Shown in pieces: positions 7,986 through 16,441 of a stretch of DNA of 16,441 nt. Origin of the DNA: Abditibacteriaceae bacterium (GTDB lineage: Bacteria; Armatimonadota; Abditibacteriia; Abditibacteriales; Abditibacteriaceae); NCBI GenBank assembly GCA_031425655.1, contig JANPJS010000315.1, positions 1 to 16,441 on the forward strand, given 5' to 3'. Every line of letters starts with the position of its first letter. Position 1 is the first letter of the stretch. The position numbers were made by a program, and so were the translations under genes. The notes under the pieces are model-generated. The model made no database searches. It saw only the letters and a list, made by a program, of their open reading frames with translations, and was not told the origin of the DNA.

Positions 7986-9314
7986 GTGCCAAGACCCAAA
8001 GGTTCAAAAAACAAAAAGACGTTGGAACGCCAAGCGATGTCCACGCTGGAAGCGGCCCCGGTTGCTCCCAAACGGCGCGGACGCCCGGCGCGCAATGCCG
8101 AGCCGGTAGCGGCAGTTTCAATGCCTGCCACAACAACGCCTGCCAAAGCGGTTAAAGCGCCGAAATCGCTTGGCAAAGCCGCGAAATCGTCCGCTAAAGC
8201 TGCGAAGGCCGCAGCAAAACTCGCGGCGAAAATGGCTGCCGCCGCGCCGCGCCGCACGCGCCGCGCTTTGCCGGAAACAATTGGCGTGGGAATTATCGGC
8301 GCCGGAGGCATCGCGCGCGGCGTGCATATTCCGGGTTATCAAAAGCTGTCCAACGTCAAAGTTGTAGCGGTTTCCGATCCGGTTGAAGCGGCCCGCGCCG
8401 GTGCCGCCGAGCAGTTCGGCATCGAGAATACTTTCGCCGATTTTCGGGAAATGTTGAAGCGCGATGATATTCACGTTATTTCCGTGACGACGCCGAATTT
8501 TCTGCACGCCGAAGCCACTATCGCAGCGCTCGAAGCCGGAAAACAAGTGCTTTGTGAAAAGCCGCTGGCCATGAACGCGCAGGAAGGCGAAGCGATGGTC
8601 GCAGCCTCGCAGCGCACCGGCAATAAACTGATGTGCGGTTATCATTTTCGCTTCACGCCCGCGGTGCAAATGCTCAAGCGTTTCGCGCAATCGGGCGAGT
8701 TCGGCGATATGTATTATGCGCGCACCCAAGCGTTGCGCCGTCGCGGGATTCCCGGTTGGGGCTTGTTTATTTCCAAAGAAAAGAACGGCGGCGGCCCGCT
8801 GATTGACATCGGCGTGCATATGCTCGATTCCACGCTGCACGTTTTGGGATTTCCCAAAGCGGTCGCGGTCAGCGGCCAGACTTATCAAAAATTCGGCAAG
8901 CGCAAAGACGTGTTGGGTTTGATGGGCCAGTGGGATTATAAAAATTTCACGGTCGAAGATTTCGCTGCCGCGCAAATTCGTTTTGAAAACGGCGCAACGC
9001 TGACGTTGGAAGCCTCGTTCGTGGCGAACATGGAAGAAAACGAAAAAATGACCTTCCAGATTTTCGGCGACAAAGGCGGCTGCCAGGTTAATCCGCTGAA
9101 AATGTATACCGAGCGCAACCAAACGCTGCTCGATATTACGCCCGCTTATTTGCCGGGCAACGTGCAGCCGCACCACGCGCAAATCGCCTCGTTTATTGAT
9201 TCAGTCGTCAACGACACGCCGGTTTATACGCCCGGCGAGGAAGCCTTGCAAGTGACGCGCATCATTGACGCGATTTATAAATCGGGCGAAGAAGGCCGCG
9301 AAATCACGTTGTAA
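7986..9314 (+). CDS. Gfo/Idh/MocA family NAD(P)-dependent oxidoreductase with ~97-aa N-terminal AT-hook and Lys/Ala-rich extension
   Basis: Rossmann GIIGAGGIA, CEKPLA, GGGPLIDIGVH. GTG start preceded by AAGGAAAGG (7968-7976). N-terminal PRPKGSKNKK, KRRGRP and KAAK repeats. Confidence 0.9.
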   Translation: MPRPKGSKNKKTLERQAMSTLEAAPVAPKRRGRPARNAEPVAAVSMPATTTPAKAVKAPKSLGKAAKSSAKAAKAAAKLAAKMAAAAPRRTRRALPETIGVGIIGAGGIARGVHIPGYQKLSNVKVVAVSDPVEAARAGAAEQFGIENTFADFREMLKRDDIHVISVTTPNFLHAEATIAALEAGKQVLCEKPLAMNAQEGEAMVAASQRTGNKLMCGYHFRFTPAVQMLKRFAQSGEFGDMYYARTQALRRRGIPGWGLFISKEKNGGGPLIDIGVHMLDSTLHVLGFPKAVAVSGQTYQKFGKRKDVLGLMGQWDYKNFTVEDFAAAQIRFENGATLTLEASFVANMEENEKMTFQIFGDKGGCQVNPLKMYTERNQTLLDITPAYLPGNVQPHHAQIASFIDSVVNDTPVYTPGEEALQVTRIIDAIYKSGEEGREITL

Positions 9315-9324
9315 TTTTTTGTAA

Positions 9325-9477
9325 TTTTTTCTCTCGCAAAGTCGCAAAGTCGCAAAGAGTTTTTGGTTAGAATTTTACAGACATGAGAGCAGAAAACAAA
9401 CTTTTGTTTTTGAGATTCATTTCTTTGAACTTCCAACAAAAACTCTTTGCGACTTTGCGACTTTGCGAGAGAAAAAA
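9325..9477. repeat. Long palindromic element with perfect 41-bp inverted arms containing (tcgcaaag)x3, between convergent genes
   Basis: 9325-9365 ttttttctctcgcaaagtcgcaaagtcgcaaagagtttttg is the exact reverse complement of 9437-9477. The 71-nt spacer has a central aaaacaa/ttgtttt hairpin. Confidence 0.9.
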
Positions 9478-9494
9478 ATCCTTTGCGTGAGATT

Positions 9495-10637
9495 CTATTT
9501 TCGCCACAATCGCAAAGCGCGTTCGGCGGCGGCGGCTAATAAATCGTCGGCGCGAAGCATAGATTCTTCTAAATCCATCGCCGCATCGGGCAACGCGAAG
9601 GCTGATAAAACGCCGAGTTGGTCGAGTTGCGCGCCGGATAAACGAACGGCGCCGCCAAAAGCGAGAACCGGCACGCCCGCGCCGTTTTTAGCTTGCTTTG
9701 CGGCCTTTGCCACGCCCGCGATGGTTTTTCCATTCAGCGTTTGTGCGTCCAATGCGCCTTCGGCAGTCAGCACTAAATCGGCGTGTTCCAATTTCTCCCC
9801 AAACTGCGCCGCTTCCAAAACAACTTCGATGCCCGGACGTAATTGCGCGCCCACGAAGCTGAGCAGGCCGAAACCCATTCCTCCTGCCGCGCCCGCGCCG
9901 GGAAAATCGCGCCAATCGTGTTTCTTAACTTGCGCCGTCAGGTCGGCGAAGCGCGCGAGTGCTGCATCCAACAACTGCACGTCGGCGGCAGATGCGCCTT
10001 TTTGCGGGCCATAAATATGGGCCGCGCCGCGCGGGCCACACAGTGGGTTCGTCACGTCGCACAGCACCGTAATATCGCAGTCGCGCAAACGTGCGTCGAG
10101 GCCGGAAATATCAATTTTCGCCAGATCAAGCAACGCCGCGCCGCCCAGAAAAAGCTCGTCGCCATTCTTGTCGAAAAAGCGGGCGCCGAGAGCTTGCAAA
10201 GCGCCCATTCCGCCGTCCGTCGTGGCCGAGCCGCCGATTCCGATCAGTAGTTTTCGGCAATCGGCGTCCAATGCCGCGCCAATCATTTCGCCGGTTCCGT
10301 AACTGGAGGCGCGTTTGGCGTCGCGTTCTTCGGGCGCAAGCAGCGTCAAGCCCGAAGACTGCGCCATTTCGATAATTGCGCTGCCGTCGTCTAAAATCGC
10401 CCATTGTGCCCAAACAGCCGCGCCTAACGGCCCGCGCACCGCTACGGTTTTTACAGCGCCGCCCACGCCGCGCACCAGCGCCGCGACGGTGCCTTCGCCG
10501 CCATCGGCTAAAGGAATGGAATGGCACTGCACGGCGTCGCCCAACGCGCGCCGGACGCCGCGTTCCAGTGCAATGCACGCAGCTTCGGCGCTCAGCGAGC
10601 CTTTCAGGGAATCGGGGGCCATTAAAATGGTCATCAT
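9495..10637 (-). CDS. glxK: Glycerate kinase (GlxK/GarK family)
   Basis: APDSLKGSL, PLADGGEGT, IGIGGSATTDGG, DVTNPLCG, YGPQKGA, GAGAAGG, EGALDAQT motifs. Start at ATG 10637 or 10634 matches the family N-terminus. Confidence 0.93.
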   Translation of the reverse strand: MMTILMAPDSLKGSLSAEAACIALERGVRRALGDAVQCHSIPLADGGEGTVAALVRGVGGAVKTVAVRGPLGAAVWAQWAILDDGSAIIEMAQSSGLTLLAPEERDAKRASSYGTGEMIGAALDADCRKLLIGIGGSATTDGGMGALQALGARFFDKNGDELFLGGAALLDLAKIDISGLDARLRDCDITVLCDVTNPLCGPRGAAHIYGPQKGASAADVQLLDAALARFADLTAQVKKHDWRDFPGAGAAGGMGFGLLSFVGAQLRPGIEVVLEAAQFGEKLEHADLVLTAEGALDAQTLNGKTIAGVAKAAKQAKNGAGVPVLAFGGAVRLSGAQLDQLGVLSAFALPDAAMDLEESMLRADDLLAAAAERALRLWRK

Positions 10638-10777
10638 CGCGGTAAAAATTGCCTGTGTTTTGCGCGCTGCCGAACGTCGTTTTTCGGCCAAAGCTGTGTA
10701 ACTAAGGTGGATAGATGAAGATTAGAGAGAAATTAACGGTTGTTGAAAAGCATTAGCTTTATTTGAATTGTCCTTTT

Positions 10778-13735
10778 ATGACGCTGCGGCGCAAGACGTT
10801 ACTTTTTTTAGGTGGCACGCTTCTCGGACTGTTTTTGCTGTTGTCGGTGACGGCGACGCGCATCTGGCTGGCTGGTTTTGCAGAACTGGAGCGCAATGAG
10901 TCAAAAGCGAATGTGCGTCGCGTCGCCGATGCTTTAGACGAGCGCATTGCCAAAATCGGTCAGGCGGCGGACGATTACGCCGGTTGGGACGACACATATC
11001 AATATATCCTCGACGGCAATCAACGCTACATAGACGCCAATCTCACGAACGAAAGTTGGGCTAACCTCGAAGTGAACCTTGTTGTTTACGCGTCCACTTC
11101 GGGCCAAATGCGCTACGGCATAATCTACGATTCGGTTCGCCAGAAGACTGAGCCGTTGCCGCGTGAGATCATGGAAATACTTCGCGCCAAAGGGATTCTG
11201 AAGTTTGCGAACACAACCGAAAGCCATCGCGGCATCGTGATTTTGCCGCAGGAAAACCGTAAAACCGGCACACCGGGACGCGCTTTGCTTTTTGCGTCCC
11301 GTCCGATTTTAACCAGTGCGCGCAAAGGGCCGATTCGTGGAGCCGTTGTGTTTGGGCGCTATTTCGATGCGCGCGAGGTGAGCAAACTCACGAGCCTGAC
11401 GCACTTCTCTGTGGCGATTCAAAATTTGAATGCCGATGTGTTGCCGTCCGGTTTTCAAAGCGCGCGATCTGCTTTGCGCGAAATGCACCGGCAGCGCTCT
11501 GTCAAAGCAAACGCGCCGGGACGCATCGAACGTTCCGATGCGGCGCCGGTGTTGGTGCGACCGCTCGACGAAAAAACGATTTCCGCTTATTCCTTCGTGC
11601 AAGACGTGAAGGGAACACCGATATTGATGATGCGCGTCAACGCGCCGCGCTCTGTTTACGCCCAAAGCCGCGCAGCGATGCGCTCGTTCATTTTTGCGCT
11701 GATTGTTGCAGGCGTGGTTTTCTGTATTGTGCCCCTGCTACTCATTGAAAAGCTGGTGCTGCGGCGCCTGAGCCGGCTGGGCGCCGAAGTCGAAACGGTC
11801 AGCCGGCAGCCGGATGTTGCCGCAGCCGTTACAGTGGAAGGCAGCGACGAATTGTCTGGCGTGGCCGGAGGCATCAACGCGATGCTGCGGTCATTGGAAA
11901 TTTCGCGCGGAAAAGTCGCGGCCAGCGAAGAACTTTACCGCGAGATGACGCAGTTGGCACTTTCGGCCAGCGATGCGATTTTCGTGGTAACGATGGCCGA
12001 TGAATCCGAACCGCGCGCTTTGACATGGTATGGACAAGTGGCGCCGATGCTGCGACTGACTCAAGACGAAGTGCCGGACACGCTCGAAGCGTGGCTGCAA
12101 TTGGCGCACGAACACGACCGTGACGGATTGCGTGCGGCGATATTCAAATCCTGTGAAAGCGGAGAACGCATCGAAATCGAATACCGCGTGCGCTCCAGCG
12201 AAGGCTCCTATTGCCATTGGCTGACGCGCGGCAAGCCTTTGTGTGAATCGAGCGGGCGTGTGGTGAAATTCATCGGCGCCTGCACCGACGTGACCGAAAG
12301 GCGCGTGCTCGAAGAACGCTTGCTGCATCAAGCGTTTCACGATCCGCTGACCAATTTGCCCAATCGCGTGCTGTTTCTCGACCGCCTCGAACAAGCTCTG
12401 GCGCGAGTGGCGCGACACGGCGACGCTTTGGCCGTGTTTTTTGTGGATTTGGACAATTTCAAAGTGATTAACGATAGTTTGGGGCATGGCGTGGGCGATG
12501 CTCTGCTCATTGGCGTCGCGCAACGCTTGCAAAGCGCGCTGCGTGCGGGAGACACCGCCAGTCGTTTTGGCGGCGACGAGTTCGCGCTGATTCTCGATCA
12601 GGTCAATGATGTGACGCAGGCTATACAGATCGCCGAGCGCATCGTGGAGGTTTTGCAAGCGCCGTTTTCCTTAGCCGAGCGCGATGTGTTCGTGACCGCG
12701 AGTGTCGGCATCGCATTGGGCGGGGAAATGTGCGGAGACGCCGAAGAATTGCTGCGCCGGGCGGACGCTGCAATGTATGTCGCCAAAAATAAAGGCAAAG
12801 ACCGCTTTGTGGTCTTCGAGGCGCACATGAGCGATTCGGCGCACAAACGTTTGGACTTGGAAAATGATCTGCGTCGTGCCGTTGAGCGGGACGAATTGGT
12901 GTTGTTTTTTCAGCCTTTGGTGGACTTACGCGCCAATAGCGTGGCCGGGTTCGAGGCTTTGGTGCGCTGGAATCACCCAGCGCGCGGCTTGGTGCCGCCG
13001 ATGGAATTTATTCCTTTAGCCGAAGAAACCGGGCAGATCGTGCCGATTGGGCGCTGGGTGCTGGAAAAAGCGTGCTCCGCCATGCGTCACTGGCAAACGC
13101 TGGAATTGCAAAGCGGCGAGGCCATGTTCGTCAGCGTGAATATTTCTGTGCGGCAATTGCAAGACGCCGGACTGGTGGCATCGGTGGCTCAGGCATTGGA
13201 AAACAGCGGCCTCGCCGCATCGAGTTTGCTGCTGGAAATTACCGAAAGCGTCGTCATGGAAGAAGACGAAACGATGCTGCAGGCAATTCATCAACTGAAA
13301 TCGTTGGGCGTTCATCTGGCGATTGACGATTTCGGCACCGGATATTCTTCGCTGGCTTATCTCAAAACGCTGCCGGTGGACTTTTTGAAAATTGACCGTA
13401 AGTTTGTCTCTGGACTCAACGTGCGCACCGCCGAGCAAACGCCGGCGTCGGCTGTAGCCGAGTCGGAAACAACCGGCGACGCCGCTATTTTGTCGTCGGT
13501 GATTGGCCTCGCTCATACGATGCGCCTCACCGTCATCGCCGAAGGTGCCGAAACCTCCGCCGAAGTTTCGCGCCTGCTCAATTTTGGCTGCGATATGGTG
13601 CAGGGTTACTATTTCGCCAAACCCATTGCACAGAATCTCGTTGAAAATTACCTGCGAAACCACGCGCAACCCTTAAGCGATTTGCCTCGCCTTCTTCTCG
13701 AAGAACTGGACGAGACCCACTTTTCTGGCCTATAA
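10778..13735 (+). CDS. Membrane-bound diguanylate cyclase/phosphodiesterase (CHASE4-HAMP-PAS-GGDEF-EAL)
   Basis: TM helix, AGWDDTY CHASE4 motif, second TM and HAMP, PAS/PAC (HEHDR, EYRVR, W), HDPLTNLPNR, DLDNFKVINDSLGH, GGDEF with RAGD I-site, EALVRW, LEITE, DDFGTGYSS, KIDR, AEG, QGYYF. Confidence 0.95.
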   Translation: MTLRRKTLLFLGGTLLGLFLLLSVTATRIWLAGFAELERNESKANVRRVADALDERIAKIGQAADDYAGWDDTYQYILDGNQRYIDANLTNESWANLEVNLVVYASTSGQMRYGIIYDSVRQKTEPLPREIMEILRAKGILKFANTTESHRGIVILPQENRKTGTPGRALLFASRPILTSARKGPIRGAVVFGRYFDAREVSKLTSLTHFSVAIQNLNADVLPSGFQSARSALREMHRQRSVKANAPGRIERSDAAPVLVRPLDEKTISAYSFVQDVKGTPILMMRVNAPRSVYAQSRAAMRSFIFALIVAGVVFCIVPLLLIEKLVLRRLSRLGAEVETVSRQPDVAAAVTVEGSDELSGVAGGINAMLRSLEISRGKVAASEELYREMTQLALSASDAIFVVTMADESEPRALTWYGQVAPMLRLTQDEVPDTLEAWLQLAHEHDRDGLRAAIFKSCESGERIEIEYRVRSSEGSYCHWLTRGKPLCESSGRVVKFIGACTDVTERRVLEERLLHQAFHDPLTNLPNRVLFLDRLEQALARVARHGDALAVFFVDLDNFKVINDSLGHGVGDALLIGVAQRLQSALRAGDTASRFGGDEFALILDQVNDVTQAIQIAERIVEVLQAPFSLAERDVFVTASVGIALGGEMCGDAEELLRRADAAMYVAKNKGKDRFVVFEAHMSDSAHKRLDLENDLRRAVERDELVLFFQPLVDLRANSVAGFEALVRWNHPARGLVPPMEFIPLAEETGQIVPIGRWVLEKACSAMRHWQTLELQSGEAMFVSVNISVRQLQDAGLVASVAQALENSGLAASSLLLEITESVVMEEDETMLQAIHQLKSLGVHLAIDDFGTGYSSLAYLKTLPVDFLKIDRKFVSGLNVRTAEQTPASAVAESETTGDAAILSSVIGLAHTMRLTVIAEGAETSAEVSRLLNFGCDMVQGYYFAKPIAQNLVENYLRNHAQPLSDLPRLLLEELDETHFSGL

Positions 13736-13812
13736 ATCAAGCTGTTTTGTCGTTCTCCCGCCGGAGTTGTAACCTGTGATTCGCATCCGAGCGCGAAATT
13801 TCAAGTTCTTCC

Positions 13813-16380
13813 ATGACACTGCGCGGAAAAATGTTGCTTCTGATCACGGGAATGCTGTGCGGATTAATCGCACTGCTGCATTTCGTCTCGTCTTCGCTGC
13901 TGCTGACCAGCTTCGACAAAGCCGAGGAACTCATCGCACGCCAGTCGGCTTTGGGCGCTTTGGGCGTGCTGCGTGCTCACGGCGCGCAGTTTCAAAATAA
14001 CGTGGCCGAATGGAAAGTTCCTGATGCGGCATCGGCTCAATGGGCGCGTGAAGCGCAAGCGTTAAGTCTCGATCTTCTCGTCGTCGCGGATAAAACCGGG
14101 CGCGTTTTGACCGCGTTTGATCCTGATGCCAAAGGCCGCGCTCTGGATGCTGCCGTCGCCAAAAAATTGGCCTCGCCGCAAACCGTCGCGCAAATTCTGG
14201 GAAGTGCAGGAAAGGCTACGCCGCTCCTGCTTTTGCCGTCCGGCCCGACGGTATTGGCCGTTAAATCTCTCGACAACGGCAAAACCGTCATCGCCGGGCG
14301 GCGCTTCGATGGCGGCACAGCGGCGCGTTTGGCGGCGGCTTCTAATCTGGCATTTTCGGCGGAAGTGGTCGGTGCGGAGCTTTCCGGCGGGCAGGTGCCG
14401 ATTCTCAACGAACTGGTCGCGCAGAAGAACGCAACTTCCATCGTAGTGCATCCGCTGGACGACAAAACTTTGGCCGCTTATGCTTTGCTGCGCGGCGTGG
14501 ACGGCAAGCCGGCGTTGTTGCTGCGCGCCACACAGCCGCGCTCGGTTTCGATTAGCGGTCAAAGGCTGGTGCGCTCGTTCACTGGGGCGCTGCTATTTGC
14601 GGGTTTTGTTATCGTTGCAGTCACGCTGCTGTTGCTCGAACGCCTTGTATTAACGCGCCTTGAAAAACTCACCTTCGACGTGCAAAGCATCGGCGAAACC
14701 GCCACTTTATCGCGGCGCGTCAGCGTGCAGGGCGACGACGAACTGGCGCACGTGGGGCAAGCCGTCAACTCGCTGATGATTTCGCTCGAACGCAGCGAAC
14801 GCGGACGCGCCGTCGCCGCCGAGCAACTGCGCCACGCTAAAGACGATGCCGAAGAAGCCAACCGCTCGAAAAGCCAGTTTTTGGCGAACATGAGCCACGA
14901 ACTTCGCACGCCTCTCAACGCCATCATCGGTTATAGCGAAATGCTGCAAGAGGAAGCCGAGGACGCCGGACAGGACGATTTTATTCCCGATTTGGGAAAA
15001 ATCAACACGGCGGGCAAGCAATTGCTGGCGCTGATTAACGACGTGCTGGATTTGTCGAAAATCGAAGCCGGAAAAATGGATTTGTTCCTCGAAACCTTCG
15101 AGGTCGGCGCGCTTGTGGAAATGGTGGCCGGACTCGTCAAACCGGTCGTGACCAAAAATAACAACCGTTTCGAGGTGAAAATCGCCGAAAATATCGGCTC
15201 GATGGACGCCGATTTGACCAAAGTGCGCCAATCCATCGTGAATTTGCTCTCCAACGCCGGAAAATTTACGGAAAACGGCACTATCACGCTCGAAGCTCTG
15301 GCCGAAACCGACGGCGAATGGATTTTGCTGCGCGTGCGCGATTCGGGCATCGGCATGACGCCGGAGCAATTGGGCAAGCTGTTTCAAGCCTTCACGCAGG
15401 CCGATTCGTCCACGCAAAAGAAGTTTGGCGGCACCGGACTTGGCCTCGCCATCACCAAAAAATTCGCGCAGATGATGGGCGGCGACGTAATCGTCGAAAG
15501 CGAAGTCGGGCAGGGCACTACGTTTACGATTCGCCTGCCTCGCACCGTCACTGACCCCAAAGCGCGCGTTGCATCGCTCGCCGAATCTGCACCCGACGCG
15601 CGGCCCGGCGCCACGAAATTATTAGTGATTGACGACGACTCGGAAGTCGCCGAAATCATCAAACGCACCATCACCGAAGAGTTCGACATCGTAATGGCGA
15701 CCGAAGGCGACGAAGGTTTGCGCTTGGCGCGCGAGTTTCGCCCCGACGCGATTTTGTTGGGCACCAATCTCGAAAATGGCGCCGACGGCTACGAGGTTTT
15801 GCGCCGACTCAAAGCTGACGCTGCGCTGGCGGCGATTCCGGTTATCGTGCTGTCGTTAGCCGAAGAAAAAAGCGTGGCTTATTCGCTCGGCGCGGCGGAT
15901 TATCTAACCAAACCGCTCAATCGCAAGCGCCTGACAGCTTCGGTGCGCCGCTGCCAGCGCGAAAAAAGCGGGCGTCGCGGCGCTCATCGCGTGCTTATCG
16001 CCGACGACGATGCGACCACGCTTTCGATGATGCGCAAAATGCTCGAAGACGACGGCTGGGAAGTTCTGGAAGCCAGAAACGGACGCGAAGCCCTCGATCT
16101 TTTGCAGGACGGCGCGCCGCCCGCGCTGATCGTGATGGATTTGAAAATGCCCGAAATGGACGGCTTCGCGCTGATTCATGCGATTCGAGCCAACGAAGAA
16201 TGGGCATTAATACCTATTGTGGTGGTGACGGCGATGGACATTGGCCTTGAAGAAGGCCGGCGACTGCGCCGTCAAGTGCAACGCGTAGTTCAAAAAGGCG
16301 CGTCCAGCCGCGAAGATTTAATGGGCGAATTGCGCTACGTCGCCGCCATTGCCGCGCGCAAATTGGAAAGCTCCGAGTGA
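13813..16380 (+). CDS. Hybrid sensor histidine kinase (CHASE4-like-HAMP-HisKA-HATPase-pseudoREC-REC)
   Basis: H-box [19 protein letters not shown]-box [11 protein letters not shown]1 DSGIGM, F-box LFQAFTQ, G2 GGTGLGL. Two C-terminal receiver domains. Confidence 0.95.
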   Translation: MTLRGKMLLLITGMLCGLIALLHFVSSSLLLTSFDKAEELIARQSALGALGVLRAHGAQFQNNVAEWKVPDAASAQWAREAQALSLDLLVVADKTGRVLTAFDPDAKGRALDAAVAKKLASPQTVAQILGSAGKATPLLLLPSGPTVLAVKSLDNGKTVIAGRRFDGGTAARLAAASNLAFSAEVVGAELSGGQVPILNELVAQKNATSIVVHPLDDKTLAAYALLRGVDGKPALLLRATQPRSVSISGQRLVRSFTGALLFAGFVIVAVTLLLLERLVLTRLEKLTFDVQSIGETATLSRRVSVQGDDELAHVGQAVNSLMISLERSERGRAVAAEQLRHAKDDAEEANRSKSQFLANMSHELRTPLNAIIGYSEMLQEEAEDAGQDDFIPDLGKINTAGKQLLALINDVLDLSKIEAGKMDLFLETFEVGALVEMVAGLVKPVVTKNNNRFEVKIAENIGSMDADLTKVRQSIVNLLSNAGKFTENGTITLEALAETDGEWILLRVRDSGIGMTPEQLGKLFQAFTQADSSTQKKFGGTGLGLAITKKFAQMMGGDVIVESEVGQGTTFTIRLPRTVTDPKARVASLAESAPDARPGATKLLVIDDDSEVAEIIKRTITEEFDIVMATEGDEGLRLAREFRPDAILLGTNLENGADGYEVLRRLKADAALAAIPVIVLSLAEEKSVAYSLGAADYLTKPLNRKRLTASVRRCQREKSGRRGAHRVLIADDDATTLSMMRKMLEDDGWEVLEARNGREALDLLQDGAPPALIVMDLKMPEMDGFALIHAIRANEEWALIPIVVVTAMDIGLEEGRRLRRQVQRVVQKGASSREDLMGELRYVAAIAARKLESSE

Positions 16381-16441
16381 AGGCGGAAACATCGAGAAAA
16401 TTTCAATGGAACACGGAGGCTTCGCCTACACGGAAACGGCA

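Noticed and set aside
8118..9182. 354-aa antisense ORF, and similar ones at 5468..6094, 11891..12658, 13016..13669 and 14707..15417
   Set aside because: They lie opposite well-supported genes and have no recognisable motifs; typical antisense shadows of GC3-biased codon usage.
9325..9477. CRISPR array or retron msr-msd interpretation of the repeats (also 7543-7730)
   Set aside because: Repeats are inverted with 8-17-nt tandem units and no unique spacers; no cas or reverse transcriptase gene is in the window.
10638..10777. c-di-GMP riboswitch upstream of the GGDEF-EAL gene
   Set aside because: No GEMM-like motif visible; only a short aaagc-atta-gcttt palindrome (10747-10760) that could be chance.

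Overview
Bacterial chromosomal window of moderately high GC with 11 supportable CDSs. I see no rRNA/tRNA, CRISPR array, transposase or phage genes. The style of the hypothetical proteins and weak Shine-Dalgarno use suggest Armatimonadota/Abditibacteriota (a guess, not demonstrated). Gene order: wHTH-AAA+ ATPase (-); exported protein with a two-fold internal repeat coupled to a TIM-barrel protein (+); bidirectional terminator; membrane protein (-); two tandem paralogous exported helical proteins (-); thrB (+); ~0.5 kb intergenic region with a degenerate long palindrome; Gfo/Idh/MocA oxidoreductase with an N-terminal AT-hook/histone-H1-like tail (+); perfect 41-bp-arm palindrome; glycerate kinase (-); CHASE4-HAMP-PAS-GGDEF-EAL protein (+); CHASE4-like-HAMP hybrid histidine kinase with a pseudo-receiver (+). 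Most notable: the AT-hook/H1-tail dehydrogenase fusion, a family of REPIN/MITE-like palindromes with microsatellite arms, the paralogous exported pair, and two adjacent signalling proteins sharing a sensor module but with different outputs.
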